NCBI GenBank assembly: GCA_016935695.1
Contig: JAFGQL010000173.1
Location: 1,735-65,734 of the forward strand
Direction: 5' to 3'
From: Spirochaetales bacterium
Lineage (GTDB): Bacteria > Spirochaetota > Spirochaetia > JC444 > Marispirochaetaceae
Length of the DNA stretch: 64,000 nt
How positions within the stretch are numbered: the stretch's first letter is position 1; each line of letters opens with the position of its first letter. A model generated the notes under the pieces. It was not told the DNA's origin, made no database searches, and saw nothing but the letters and a program-made list of their open reading frames with translations. Of this stretch, positions 9,021 to 18,439 are shown piece by piece. Position numbers and translations under genes: made by a program.

Positions 9021-10801
9021 GGGGGGCAGTCCTGGAACACCAGCCGCGACTTTCCTGTTTTTTTCGCGTTCAGGAGGGCTGTATCCGCCTGATGTATTGC
9101 GTCCCACAGCCGTTGTGGGGTTTTTGGGTTCCAGCAGCAGCCTCCGATGGAGAGGCTCAAACGGGAATGCCGGACGGAAATTTCATGGTAGAGGGGATTT
9201 GTCACATCGGCATATCGGTGAAGAAGACGGCGGCTTACGCTCTGAACCAGTTCGCTGTCGGCGTCGGGCATCAAAAACAGAAACTCGTCGCCGCCGTAGC
9301 GGTACACCAGATCGCCCTCCCTGGTGTTGTGTTCCAGGAAGCGGGCCGTTTCTATAAGAATGAGGTCCCCGGTCCGGTGGCCGAATTCATCATTGAAATG
9401 TTTGAATTCATCTATATCGATGAAGATGACCCCCCAGGTCTGCATACGCTCGTTCTTTTCTTCCAGAAACCGGACCTTGTCATCAAGGCTTTTTCTGTTT
9501 AAAAGACCGGTAAGGGGATCTTTTTTTGCATGGTATTCCAGCTCCCTGGTCCTGGTAACCACTTCATGATGTACCTGCTCGTCGAAATTCTCTTTGAGTT
9601 TTGTATAGGCGGACCGCATTTCCGCCTGGCGCATGATGATCCCGAAGTTGGCGAAGAGCACATGGATGCCGATTCCTGCAGCAAGAAAGAGGTTGAGCGA
9701 GAAGGAGAGAGGGAGTTTCAGGTAGAGCACGAGATTGTCGGCCAGGAACCCTATCACCACGGGAATGAAGCTCAACAGTATGTAGTTTGATGGTTTGTCG
9801 CCCTTCAGGCTCTGCAGCCCTGTGGTGCCGAGGATTATGACAAGCCCGGGGATGATGAAGTAGTTCATCAGGTCGCCAAGGAAGGGTCCGGGGTACACAA
9901 AGGCCGCCGCTGCAGTCAGGAACAGGAGCCCGATGAGGGTGAGTATGATGTAACTCATCAGCGTTGTAGTGCGGAGGGAAAAGAATTTCTTCACGAACAT
10001 CAGGGCTGTCGCCATGGCAACAGAATTAAAGAAGATATACACAAAGTACCCATAGGACCTGCCGGGCAGGAACAGGAGGGACAGCATCCGCTGTTTACCC
10101 ATAAGGGTGATGAGAATGCAGACCATGACAACGGCGTAATAGATGTGCATCCTGTTGCCGCCGTGGACGAACAGAAACACATTGTATACCGCCGCGATGA
10201 ACATGAGACTGTACACGAGAATAAGGAGGGCGTGTTTGCGCGCCGAGGTGTTATAAAAAAACCCGGGAGACACCAGGCGGACATAGGGCATTTTAAACTG
10301 ATAATCAAGGACCTTCAGGTAGATGTCGGTTGCGGTTCCGGGGGCAAGGTTCAGGGGGAAAACGATGCTGGAATCGGGGATGCTCCGCTGATTCATTGGT
10401 ATCTTGTCGCCAGAACGCAAAGATATCCACTCTTCATTTTCACCGGAGCGGTAATGGACTTCCACCCATTCCATCTGTTCCCGCAACTCCAGATACCAGA
10501 GTGTTTCCTGGCCGGTATTTTTTACCGGCAGATACAGGAGTTTAACGGTATCCGCTGTTTCGGGATACCGCGGGTCGTGTGCATGTTTTTGCCGGACGGT
10601 TTCCGGTAGGATGTAGTTCCAGTCTTCTTTGGACAGGCTCATGGGGATTGAGAAAGAGGTGTCACCGGCAGATAGCAGGGCCGACGGATTTGACTGGGCA
10701 TAAAGAAAGCCCTGAACGCACAGTAGTACCAATGCTGCTGCAGGAATACGAACGGGTCTCATCCCTCCAAGTGTACAACCTGAAAAAGAATATGTCTGCA
10801 C
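9017..10801 (-). CDS. diguanylate cyclase with 7TMR-DISM extracellular and 7-TM sensor domains
   Basis: Signal peptide, periplasmic domain, seven predicted TM helices, a coiled linker and a GGDEF domain (YRYGGDEF). An RxxD I-site (REGD) sits at the canonical 5-residue spacing. The start may be the internal Met at 10762. Confidence 0.85.
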   Translation of the reverse strand: MQTYSFSGCTLGGMRPVRIPAAALVLLCVQGFLYAQSNPSALLSAGDTSFSIPMSLSKEDWNYILPETVRQKHAHDPRYPETADTVKLLYLPVKNTGQETLWYLELREQMEWVEVHYRSGENEEWISLRSGDKIPMNQRSIPDSSIVFPLNLAPGTATDIYLKVLDYQFKMPYVRLVSPGFFYNTSARKHALLILVYSLMFIAAVYNVFLFVHGGNRMHIYYAVVMVCILITLMGKQRMLSLLFLPGRSYGYFVYIFFNSVAMATALMFVKKFFSLRTTTLMSYIILTLIGLLFLTAAAAFVYPGPFLGDLMNYFIIPGLVIILGTTGLQSLKGDKPSNYILLSFIPVVIGFLADNLVLYLKLPLSFSLNLFLAAGIGIHVLFANFGIIMRQAEMRSAYTKLKENFDEQVHHEVVTRTRELEYHAKKDPLTGLLNRKSLDDKVRFLEEKNERMQTWGVIFIDIDEFKHFNDEFGHRTGDLILIETARFLEHNTREGDLVYRYGGDEFLFLMPDADSELVQSVSRRLLHRYADVTNPLYHEISVRHSRLSLSIGGCCWNPKTPQRLWDAIHQADTALLNAKKTGKSRLVFQDCPP

Positions 10802-10847
10802 TGTTGCCTCATTTTGTTACGTGTTATCTATCATGTGAAAAAAATTT

Positions 10848-11804
10848 TTACAAAAGCAAGGAATCCAGAACACGGTGACGGTCCCCGAGTTCCTTGACGG
10901 CAGCGAATTCCGCCTGAGCCGGTTTTTGGGTCGGGTCGAAACGGACCCCCCGGTAGGGGGAATCCTGTACTGCGCTCTGTCCTGCCGCCGGCGTTCCGCC
11001 TAAACGCGGAATGGACGAATACAGGTACCGGGTGTAGGCGTGGCACGGGTTCTCGATCAGGGTACGGGACGGGGCTTCCTCTACAATGGTGCCGCGGTAC
11101 ATGACCCCTACACGGTCGCATATATAGGTGATGACTGCCAGATCGTGGCTGATGAACAGCATGGAGAGATGATATTCATCCTTGAGCTTCAAAAGCAGGT
11201 TGAGGATCTGGCTTTGAATGGACACGTCCAGGGCCGAGACTACCTCGTCGCAGATGAGCAGCCTGGGTTTCATCAACAGCGCGCGGGCGATTGATATACG
11301 CTGGCGCTGTCCTCCCGAGAAATCCGGGGGGCGGCGGTACATATCATCGGGATTGAGGCCGACCGCGGATAAAAGAACACGGGCTTCCTCGGTTGCCTGG
11401 GTTTTCCCCGGCCACGTGGAAGCGTATCGGTAGCCGGACAGGAGTACCTCCCCGATAGTCATCCGGGGGTTCAGGGACCTGGCCGGGTCCTGGAACACAT
11501 ACTGGATCTGTTCCCGGGCCCGTTTGAGGGCTGCTCCTTCACTGTGTTCCAGCTCATGCCGGCTGCCGCCTGCATCGGTAAAAAGTATGGATCCCTCATC
11601 GGGCCGGTACATCCGCACAATCAGGCGGGCGGTGGTGGTTTTCCCGCACCCCGATTCTCCTACAAGGCCGTAAATTTCACCCGGGTTAATGGTGAAAGAA
11701 ACATTGTTCACTGCGTAGACATATTTGTCTTCCGGGGCAAAGAATCCCGCGTCGAATTTAAAACGCTTGGACAGGCCGTTAACGGAGAGGATTGGCTCAG
11801 CCAT
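10848..11804 (-). CDS. peptide ABC transporter ATP-binding protein (OppF/DppF-like)
   Basis: Walker A GESGCGKTT, signature FSGGQRQR, Walker B LLICDEVVSALD. The track start at 11885 lies inside the upstream gene. MAEPILSVNGL at 11804 gives an 8-nt overlap instead. Confidence 0.88.
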   Translation of the reverse strand: MAEPILSVNGLSKRFKFDAGFFAPEDKYVYAVNNVSFTINPGEIYGLVGESGCGKTTTARLIVRMYRPDEGSILFTDAGGSRHELEHSEGAALKRAREQIQYVFQDPARSLNPRMTIGEVLLSGYRYASTWPGKTQATEEARVLLSAVGLNPDDMYRRPPDFSGGQRQRISIARALLMKPRLLICDEVVSALDVSIQSQILNLLLKLKDEYHLSMLFISHDLAVITYICDRVGVMYRGTIVEEAPSRTLIENPCHAYTRYLYSSIPRLGGTPAAGQSAVQDSPYRGVRFDPTQKPAQAEFAAVKELGDRHRVLDSLLL

Positions 11805-12828
11805 GGTTCGGTCCTCCCTGTGAGTTTCCGGCAAGGCCGGGTTGTTTGGGTCCGGGAAACAGACAGCGGTGGACGGTACCATCATTCATGAAAGCGGGAA
11901 GGGATGCTTTGCAGGACTGGGCGGCCAGGGGGCACCGGGGTTCAAAGGGGCAGCCCGAGACTGCCGCGGTGGGATCGGGAATAGTGCCTTTGATGGATGA
12001 GATTTTCCTGACGGTGTAATGGTCGCCCAGGCGGGGAATGGTGTCAAGCAGTGCCCGGGTGTAGGGGTGACGCGGCCTTGAAAGGACTTCTTCGGTGGGG
12101 CCTTCTTCCATGATGAGACCTGCGTACATGACGATGATCCTGTCGGCGATGGTGGATATGAGGGCAAGGTCGTGGGTAATGAACAGGATGGACAAGCCGC
12201 GGGTTTCTTTTATCTCTTTCAGCAGTTCAATGATTCCCGCTTGTATAGTGACATCCAGGGAAGTTGTCGGTTCGTCGGCAATGAGCAGGGCCGGATCGGT
12301 CAACAGGGCCGTGGCGATCATGATGCGCTGCAGCAGGCCTCCCGAAAATTGGTGAGGGTAGTTGGTAAGGCGCTGGCGGGCTTCGGGCACATGCACTTCT
12401 TCCAGGCGCCGCACGCACAGTTCGGTGATGTCCTTATCTTCCATGTCCGGGAAATGGGCCGCCGCGGTCTCTTGCATGGTTTTCCCAATGGTGTAAATGG
12501 GGTCGAAGGAGCGCCCGGGTTCTTGAAAGATAGTGCCGATGCCGCTTCCCCGGAAGGCCCGCAATTCCCGCGGCGTCATGCTGGTAACCGATTTCCCGTC
12601 GAAGTGTACCGTACCTTCCCGGAGGATGGTATTCCCGGGCAGCAGATCCAGGACGCCCATGGCGCCGACGCTTTTCCCCGATCCGCTTTCTCCTACAATG
12701 CCGAGGGTTTCGCCCCGGGCAATGGAGTAGGAGATGCCCCGGACGGCCATAAGAGGACCTTTTGGGGTGGCAAAATGAATTTTGAGCTGATCGACGTTCA
12801 GCAATGCAGGGGTAGAAGAACTGTTCAT
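11797..12828 (-). CDS. peptide ABC transporter ATP-binding protein (OppD/DppD-like)
   Basis: Walker A GESGSGKSV, signature FSGGLLQR, Walker B LLIADEPTTSLD. Cys-containing C-terminal oligopeptide-type extension (CPFEPRCP). Confidence 0.9.
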   Translation of the reverse strand: MNSSSTPALLNVDQLKIHFATPKGPLMAVRGISYSIARGETLGIVGESGSGKSVGAMGVLDLLPGNTILREGTVHFDGKSVTSMTPRELRAFRGSGIGTIFQEPGRSFDPIYTIGKTMQETAAAHFPDMEDKDITELCVRRLEEVHVPEARQRLTNYPHQFSGGLLQRIMIATALLTDPALLIADEPTTSLDVTIQAGIIELLKEIKETRGLSILFITHDLALISTIADRIIVMYAGLIMEEGPTEEVLSRPRHPYTRALLDTIPRLGDHYTVRKISSIKGTIPDPTAAVSGCPFEPRCPLAAQSCKASLPAFMNDGTVHRCLFPGPKQPGLAGNSQGGPNHG

Positions 12829-13922
12829 TTTTTCTCCCGGAAATAGGGATCGAATACATCCCGCAAAAGGTCGCCCATGAAGTTGAACGACAGGGTGGTG
12901 ATCAGGAGATACAGCCCGGGTATCAGGAACCAGGGGAAGGACCGCAGGTTGTTCAAGGTGGATATTTCCTTGTTCAACAGGGCCCCCCAGCTGACGGCCG
13001 GGTCTACAATTCCCAGGCCAAGATAGGACAGAACCGTTTCCCCGAGAATGAACCCGGGAATGCTCAGGGCAATGTTGATGATGATGATGGACGATATCTG
13101 GGGAATGATATGCCGGAATATGATTACCAGGCTGGGAATTCCCTGGAGCTGCGCGGCGACGATGAAGTCTTCCCGCTTGATGCTGTGGATCATGCCCCGG
13201 AGCATCCTGGCGGTCCCCGGCCAGCCTACAAAGGACAGGATAACGGTGATCAAAATAAAGGATTGACCTGAATTGAGGCTGCTTGAAAGGACGGAACGCA
13301 GGAATAAAATCATGTACAGGCCGGGAACGAGTATAAAAAACTCGGCAAAGCGCATGATAAACCAGTCCACGGCGCCGCCGTAATATCCTGCAAGGCCGCC
13401 GAATATTATGGCCAGGGTAAGGGAGATGAACACGCCGATGAAGCCCACGGTAAGGGAAATACGGGAGCCGTACAATATGCGGGAAAAAAGGTCCCGGCCC
13501 ATGTGGTCGGCGCCGAAGATGAATACCGGATACTCCCGCTGGGCGTCGATGACCGTGCCGCCGATGGCATAAGGCTCATCGGTGCCGAACAGATGGCGGC
13601 TCATGGGGATAAGGCCGAACAGCCGGTACTCGTCGCCTTTGACGAAAAACCTGACCGGCACATACTCATCCTTTATACGGGCGTATTTCCACGTGATCTG
13701 GTCTACAAGAACCCGCTTCTGTACCTGGGGCCGGAATCCCAGTGTTTTTGAATACCAGACCAACGACGGCGGATGGTAATTATGTCCGCGGAAACTGGCG
13801 GTGGCCGTATAGGGCGCCAGGAACTCGGCAAAGATCATGGAAGTATACAGGAGCAGTAAAAGAACAGCGGAGATGAGGGCCGCGGGACGTTTGAACAGCC
13901 GTGAGAGAATCAATGAGCCCAT
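12825..13922 (-). CDS. peptide ABC transporter permease (OppC/DppC-like)
   Basis: 365-aa polytopic membrane protein of the binding-protein-dependent permease type. Its stop overlaps the downstream ATPase start by 4 nt. Confidence 0.85.
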   Translation of the reverse strand: MGSLILSRLFKRPAALISAVLLLLLYTSMIFAEFLAPYTATASFRGHNYHPPSLVWYSKTLGFRPQVQKRVLVDQITWKYARIKDEYVPVRFFVKGDEYRLFGLIPMSRHLFGTDEPYAIGGTVIDAQREYPVFIFGADHMGRDLFSRILYGSRISLTVGFIGVFISLTLAIIFGGLAGYYGGAVDWFIMRFAEFFILVPGLYMILFLRSVLSSSLNSGQSFILITVILSFVGWPGTARMLRGMIHSIKREDFIVAAQLQGIPSLVIIFRHIIPQISSIIIINIALSIPGFILGETVLSYLGLGIVDPAVSWGALLNKEISTLNNLRSFPWFLIPGLYLLITTLSFNFMGDLLRDVFDPYFREKK

Positions 13923-13925
13923 GAG

Positions 13926-15029
13926 CTATTCCCCCTTCCCGTAGCGGATTCTTGGATCGATGACCGCGAGGAGGATATCCGCGAGGACCATACCGGTAAG
14001 GATGAGAAAACTGATGAACATGATATTGGCCAGCACCAGATTGATGTCCTCCTGCCTGACGGCCTCGTACATGAGTTTTCCTATGCCCGGGTATGAAAAA
14101 ATGATTTCGAGAATGAGAGAGCCGGAGAATAATGAGGCGAAGAGATCGGCGGAGCTGGTGATATAGGGGTTGAGGGTGTTGCGGAAGGCGTGGGCAAAAT
14201 AAATCCGCGATTCCTTTATGCCCCGGGCCCGCAACGCGGTAATGTACGGCTGACCGAGCTGGTCGAGCATGGTTGCCCTGATATAGCGCATTGTGCCGCC
14301 GATGCCCCCCAGAAAGGCGGCGGTAAGGGGCAGAATGATATGATGAATGTACGAGAAGGTGAATTTGAGGGGCGCCTGGCTGAACGGAAATTCGGTGGGG
14401 TACGCGGTGATGGGAAACCAGCCGGTGACAGCGGCAAAGAGCTGCAGCAGAATCAGAAGGAGTATCCCCGGAAAGGCATGGAGGAACAGGGCCACGAAGG
14501 TTGCCACGACATCGGTCCTGGTTCCGACCTTGGATGAAAAATAAATCCCTGTGGCGAATGACAGAATGGTAAGAAACACAAGGGAGATGAGGTTGAGGAT
14601 GAGGGAGTTGACCATCCGGTCGCGAACCAGAAACAGGATCGGCGCCCTGGAAATGAGCGAACGGCCAAGGTCGTGTTTTACAAAGACCCGGTACAGCCAA
14701 TCGAAATACTGGGCATAAAAGGGTTTATCCAGACCGAGGCGCCCCCGGGCCGCGGCGATGGCTTCTTCTGTATAGATGTTATCATCGGTGCGGAACTCGG
14801 CGGACATCATCATCTGACTTTTTACATAGGACTCCACCATATCCCCCGGTGCCAGTTCCATGAGGCCGAATACTGCCAGCCCCAGAATAAACAGAATGGT
14901 CAGCATGGAAACAGCCCGGAACAGGATAAAGGACGAAAGGGGAAATTTTTTGCTGAAGGCTGCGGCTCCGCGCCTGAAAGGCTGTACCAGGGTGTCGATG
15001 GGGGTATGCCTGTCTTTCATTCCGTTCAT
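13926..15029 (-). CDS. peptide ABC transporter permease (OppB/DppB-like)
   Basis: 367-aa polytopic permease, 3 nt upstream of the OppC-like gene, in the typical OppB position. Confidence 0.85.
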   Translation of the reverse strand: MNGMKDRHTPIDTLVQPFRRGAAAFSKKFPLSSFILFRAVSMLTILFILGLAVFGLMELAPGDMVESYVKSQMMMSAEFRTDDNIYTEEAIAAARGRLGLDKPFYAQYFDWLYRVFVKHDLGRSLISRAPILFLVRDRMVNSLILNLISLVFLTILSFATGIYFSSKVGTRTDVVATFVALFLHAFPGILLLILLQLFAAVTGWFPITAYPTEFPFSQAPLKFTFSYIHHIILPLTAAFLGGIGGTMRYIRATMLDQLGQPYITALRARGIKESRIYFAHAFRNTLNPYITSSADLFASLFSGSLILEIIFSYPGIGKLMYEAVRQEDINLVLANIMFISFLILTGMVLADILLAVIDPRIRYGKGE

Positions 15030-15045
15030 GGGCGCCTTTCCTGAG

Positions 15046-16866
15046 CTAGGGGTTCAGATACAGGTGATTCAGACTGATGCCGTCGAGGGTGTCGTAGAAC
15101 ACGTTGTTCCATTTGTCCCGGATGCCGAAGAAACTCATGGGGTGAACAATATAGATCATGGGGAGTTGTTCCAGCAATATGGTCTGGTACTCGTCGTAGA
15201 TGACTTTCCGTTCTTTTTCATCCAGAGTAAAGCGGCCCTCGTTGTACAGGTAGTCGATACGGGCTTCCCATTCTGTGGCGGGTGTTTCCTGGAGGGGCCG
15301 CCACAGGTGAAAGTTTCCGTTGGACTGCCATACGTTACTGCCCCCGGACGGCCAGTAATTGGCCCCAAGGGCCGCGCTGAGACAGTCCCAGTCATAGGTG
15401 TTCGTGATCATATCCACAAGTTTCTGGAAATCGATGGGCCGCACATTCGCGGTGATCCCCAGCCGGGACATTTCATCTGCATAGATATTGGCGATATCGA
15501 TTGACATGTTGTTTTCCGCACCGATATTGATGGTGAACTCCAGGGGACGACCTTCCCAGTCACGCATGACGCCGTCTGAGTCTTTCTTTATATTGACGGA
15601 TTCAAGAAGCGCGACCGCCCTTTCCGGATCATAGGTGTAATTGAGTTTGATACCGGGATCGAACATGGGGTTCGCCTTGGCAAAGAAATAATGGGCCGGA
15701 ACCGCAAGCCCACGGTAAATCTGCCGGGCTATCCGTGGCCGGTTTAAAAGGCAGCTCATGGCCTGGCGGAATTCCTTTTTGCTGAACCACTCGTATTTGA
15801 CCGGATCCATGGAATCCGGATTCTGGTTGAAAGAAAAGAACGCCGAACCAAGTCCTTCGCCTCCATTGTACACCGAGTAATCGGAGTTCGAGGCGTTGAT
15901 GAGTTCGTCCAGATCTTCCGGCCTCAGACTGTACCCGTCCTTAGTCCCGTCCTTGAACAGCAGGAACTCGGTGTTGGTGTCGGGGACGATGCGGTAAATC
16001 AGGGTTTCAATGTACGGAAGGGCCTGCCCCCATTCATCCTTCTTGTGGTACCAGGGGTTCCGCTTAAGGACAACACGGACCCCCGGCGTGTATTCAACAA
16101 TATGGTAAGGGCCCACCGACGGAATGGTCATGACGTCGGTGTCGACGCTTAAGAAATTGAGGATTGCCTCACTGCCGCCTTCTTCCTTGGCCTTCTGGAA
16201 AAGGTACCGGGGACCGAAATCCATATTGGTAGAAAGGATTGGCTCAGCGACAATCCGCGGAAAATGGAACACAAAGGAAGCGTCGTTGATTTTTTCTATG
16301 GTCACCCTGGCGCTGGTACCGTCGGCCATTTCAATGAACTGGCCGGGATAGGCAGGAAGCTGAAGCGACTTGTCGCCCTCGATATTATCGTACCAGTAGA
16401 CTACATCGTCTGAGGTGATTTTTTCCTTGACCGAACCGTCGGGGGTGGTCCAGAACAGATCGTCCCGGAGAGTGTAGATCACATCAAGGGTGTCTGCCTT
16501 TTCGTCTGCTTCGATCACGAAACTGGCCAGCTCGGGTTTGAACTGCCGGGTGTAGGGGTCATAGTCGACAAGGCTGACAAAGAGTACATCCACAATGTCC
16601 CGTGAATCCCCGTCCCTTGCGGTCAGGGTGTTGAAGGTCTTGGGGTCGTTGTTGATGGTGTCCACCCACACGCCGCCGCCACTGCCTTTTTCATATTCCG
16701 GCGGGCCGGGGCGGTAGATTGTCTTTTGCAGGATTTCATTGCCGGCGCCGTCCTGAATGTTCAATGCGGCGTCCAGGGTGATTTCTTCGCCGTCACCGGA
16801 TCCGCAGGACATAAACAACAGTGCCCCAAAGGTCACTGCCGTCAGTAGAAGGGACAACCTTTTCAT
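15046..16866 (-). CDS. peptide/nickel-type (family 5) ABC substrate-binding lipoprotein
   Basis: The track ORF runs to 16917. The internal Met gives MKRLSLLLTAVTFGALLFMSCGSG (signal peptide plus lipobox). The roughly 600-aa size and first position in the operon fit an OppA-like protein. Confidence 0.85.
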   Translation of the reverse strand: MKRLSLLLTAVTFGALLFMSCGSGDGEEITLDAALNIQDGAGNEILQKTIYRPGPPEYEKGSGGGVWVDTINNDPKTFNTLTARDGDSRDIVDVLFVSLVDYDPYTRQFKPELASFVIEADEKADTLDVIYTLRDDLFWTTPDGSVKEKITSDDVVYWYDNIEGDKSLQLPAYPGQFIEMADGTSARVTIEKINDASFVFHFPRIVAEPILSTNMDFGPRYLFQKAKEEGGSEAILNFLSVDTDVMTIPSVGPYHIVEYTPGVRVVLKRNPWYHKKDEWGQALPYIETLIYRIVPDTNTEFLLFKDGTKDGYSLRPEDLDELINASNSDYSVYNGGEGLGSAFFSFNQNPDSMDPVKYEWFSKKEFRQAMSCLLNRPRIARQIYRGLAVPAHYFFAKANPMFDPGIKLNYTYDPERAVALLESVNIKKDSDGVMRDWEGRPLEFTINIGAENNMSIDIANIYADEMSRLGITANVRPIDFQKLVDMITNTYDWDCLSAALGANYWPSGGSNVWQSNGNFHLWRPLQETPATEWEARIDYLYNEGRFTLDEKERKVIYDEYQTILLEQLPMIYIVHPMSFFGIRDKWNNVFYDTLDGISLNHLYLNP

Positions 16867-17091
16867 TCCGCCTCCCTGTAACAAAACTGATAGTGGTTTC
16901 CCGGCAGACCTGATCAAGCCGGTCTTTTACTATAGTACCATATACTCTTTTCCCCGCAATGAAAACAGAATCCTCTGGCAAGCGGTGCACACATTTAGTT
17001 TTTCATGAACAGACCTTGTTTTTATAGGCGATTATGGTGTACTGCGGTATACTGAGGGTGTTTTCAGCAACTTTTTTTAAAGGGATCATGC

Positions 17092-18096
17092 ATGTACAGC
17101 GCTATTCTGCTTGCGGGATACGATAACAAACGGAAGGTTGAACGGTACCGATCTGTCGTACAGGATGTGTACGGCGAGGAGTTCATTGAAACCGGCTACA
17201 AACCCATGCGGGAGTTCTCTCTCACAAGAAAGGGTGAAAAAATTTCCAAACCCCTTCTTCAATTTACCCTGGAAGCCCTCGCCGCTGACCCTGTCATAGA
17301 AGAAATTGTGATTGTCGGCTTTATCCGGCAGATCCGGGACCGGCTATCCGGCTATCTTGAAACAATTGACAAACCCCTGATCTTCGTTGATCAGAACGAC
17401 GAGATTGACCAGCAGGTTCGCCGCGACTTCTCCATAGATCCGCGCCGCACCGCGAAGGATTCCATCGGCGGGAATTTCATCAAGGGGTATGCTGCGTCCA
17501 GGGCCTGGGCCGCCCGGCGCGAAGCCCTGTTTGTCGCTTCCGATTCACCGTTGACAACTGCGGACTTCATCAACCGTTTCATCGATGCGGCGAAACCGCT
17601 TATGGAAACGAGCGCCATCGTGATGCCCGCTATTTTCATTGATCCGGTAAAGGACGATCTGGGACGAAGGCCTCTTTTGTTGTTGAATGATTCAGGGTAT
17701 CCCATCCACGCGAAAAAAGACAAACACGGAAGAAACGGTTTCCGACTGTCGTCGGTGATGTTGTGCAATCCCTGCCGTATAAATGTAAACTCAATCAACG
17801 TGATCTACAGTGTGCGCAAGGCCCTGAACCCGCGGGTACAGATGAAGATACAGAAAATTTGCAGAGGCCTGGGATATCCGGGGATAGTCAACAGTTACTT
17901 TGTAAAACATACCCTTTCGGTACGCCAGTGCGAGGCGATCTGTTCGGCCTTTTTGGAAGGGCCCTTCAGGGCCATGCCCATGCCCGACGCCGAGACAACC
18001 TACGATTTTGACGGTACCCGCCGGGAATATGAGGAGATCAAACGTATGCTCGGCGACACCCTTAAAACAGGAGAAAAAAGCCGGGGCTGGCAATGA
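17092..18096 (+). CDS. hypothetical protein, distant MobA-like/NTP-transferase-like N-terminus
   Basis: 334 aa. The N-terminus MYSAILLAGYDNKRKV sits where nucleotidyltransferases have hhLAGGxGxR, but the glycine motif is degenerate. The rest was not recognised. Confidence 0.45.
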   Translation: MYSAILLAGYDNKRKVERYRSVVQDVYGEEFIETGYKPMREFSLTRKGEKISKPLLQFTLEALAADPVIEEIVIVGFIRQIRDRLSGYLETIDKPLIFVDQNDEIDQQVRRDFSIDPRRTAKDSIGGNFIKGYAASRAWAARREALFVASDSPLTTADFINRFIDAAKPLMETSAIVMPAIFIDPVKDDLGRRPLLLLNDSGYPIHAKKDKHGRNGFRLSSVMLCNPCRINVNSINVIYSVRKALNPRVQMKIQKICRGLGYPGIVNSYFVKHTLSVRQCEAICSAFLEGPFRAMPMPDAETTYDFDGTRREYEEIKRMLGDTLKTGEKSRGWQ

Positions 18097-18387
18097 GTTC
18101 GCACAGTAAAAAGACCAACGCCCTCCGTCTCCTTGACGCCAGGAAGACAGCATACAGTGTCTATGAATACGATACATCCGACGGAATGACCGACGGGGTA
18201 TGTGAAGGGAGGCTGTTCTCCTCTGGGCATGAAAAAACGCTTTGCAACATTCATAGACCAATCCGCAGCCGATGTACCATCCATCATCGTCAGCGCAGGG
18301 GCTGTCGGGCTGCAGATGGAGATTACGCCCGATGTCCTGAAGGGCATCACCGGCGCCGTATTCGCCGATCTATGTGTCCTTTCATAA
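18093..18387 (+). pseudogene. ybaK: ybaK/ebsC (Cys-tRNA(Pro) deacylase) remnant with an out-of-frame internal deletion
   Basis: The frame from 18093 reads SKKTNALRLLDARKTAYSVYEYDTSDGM (YbaK N-terminus). A second frame from about 18190 reads PTGYVKGGCSPLGMKKRFATFIDQSAADVPSIIVSAGAVGLQMEITPDVLKGITGAVFADL (YbaK C-terminus). The total is about 98 codons, against about 155-160 in intact YbaK. Confidence 0.7.
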
Positions 18388-18439
18388 ATCACAGCGATTT
18401 ATTTTGACAATCCTATTCTTTGGAGCTACTGTAAAAAGC

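Noticed and set aside
12172-12846. A 224-aa antisense ORF across the OppD-like ATPase gene. Similar long antisense or alternative-frame ORFs occur at 8942-9502, 21422-22069, 39066-39677 and 54010-54762.
   Set aside because: All lie opposite or out of frame with genes that have unmistakable family motifs (ABC NBDs, GGDEF, ModB/ModC, Mrp, KatG). None has an RBS or a recognisable domain. They are shadow ORFs.
13780-14700. A 306-aa ORF on the same strand as, and overlapping, the OppB/OppC-like permease genes in another frame.
   Set aside because: The product is low-complexity (Arg/Pro/His/Gly-rich) with no start context or recognisable motif. The overlapping frames encode clear ABC permeases. 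This is a typical alternative-frame open stretch in GC-rich coding DNA.
17050-17059. The 10-mer TACTGAGGGT is shared between the upstream region of the nucleotidyltransferase-like gene and the katG upstream repeats (53319-53328).
   Set aside because: It is a single 10-nt match between two short regions. It largely consists of a -10-like TATACT/TACTGA context. That is too weak to claim a shared operator without a genome-wide motif search.
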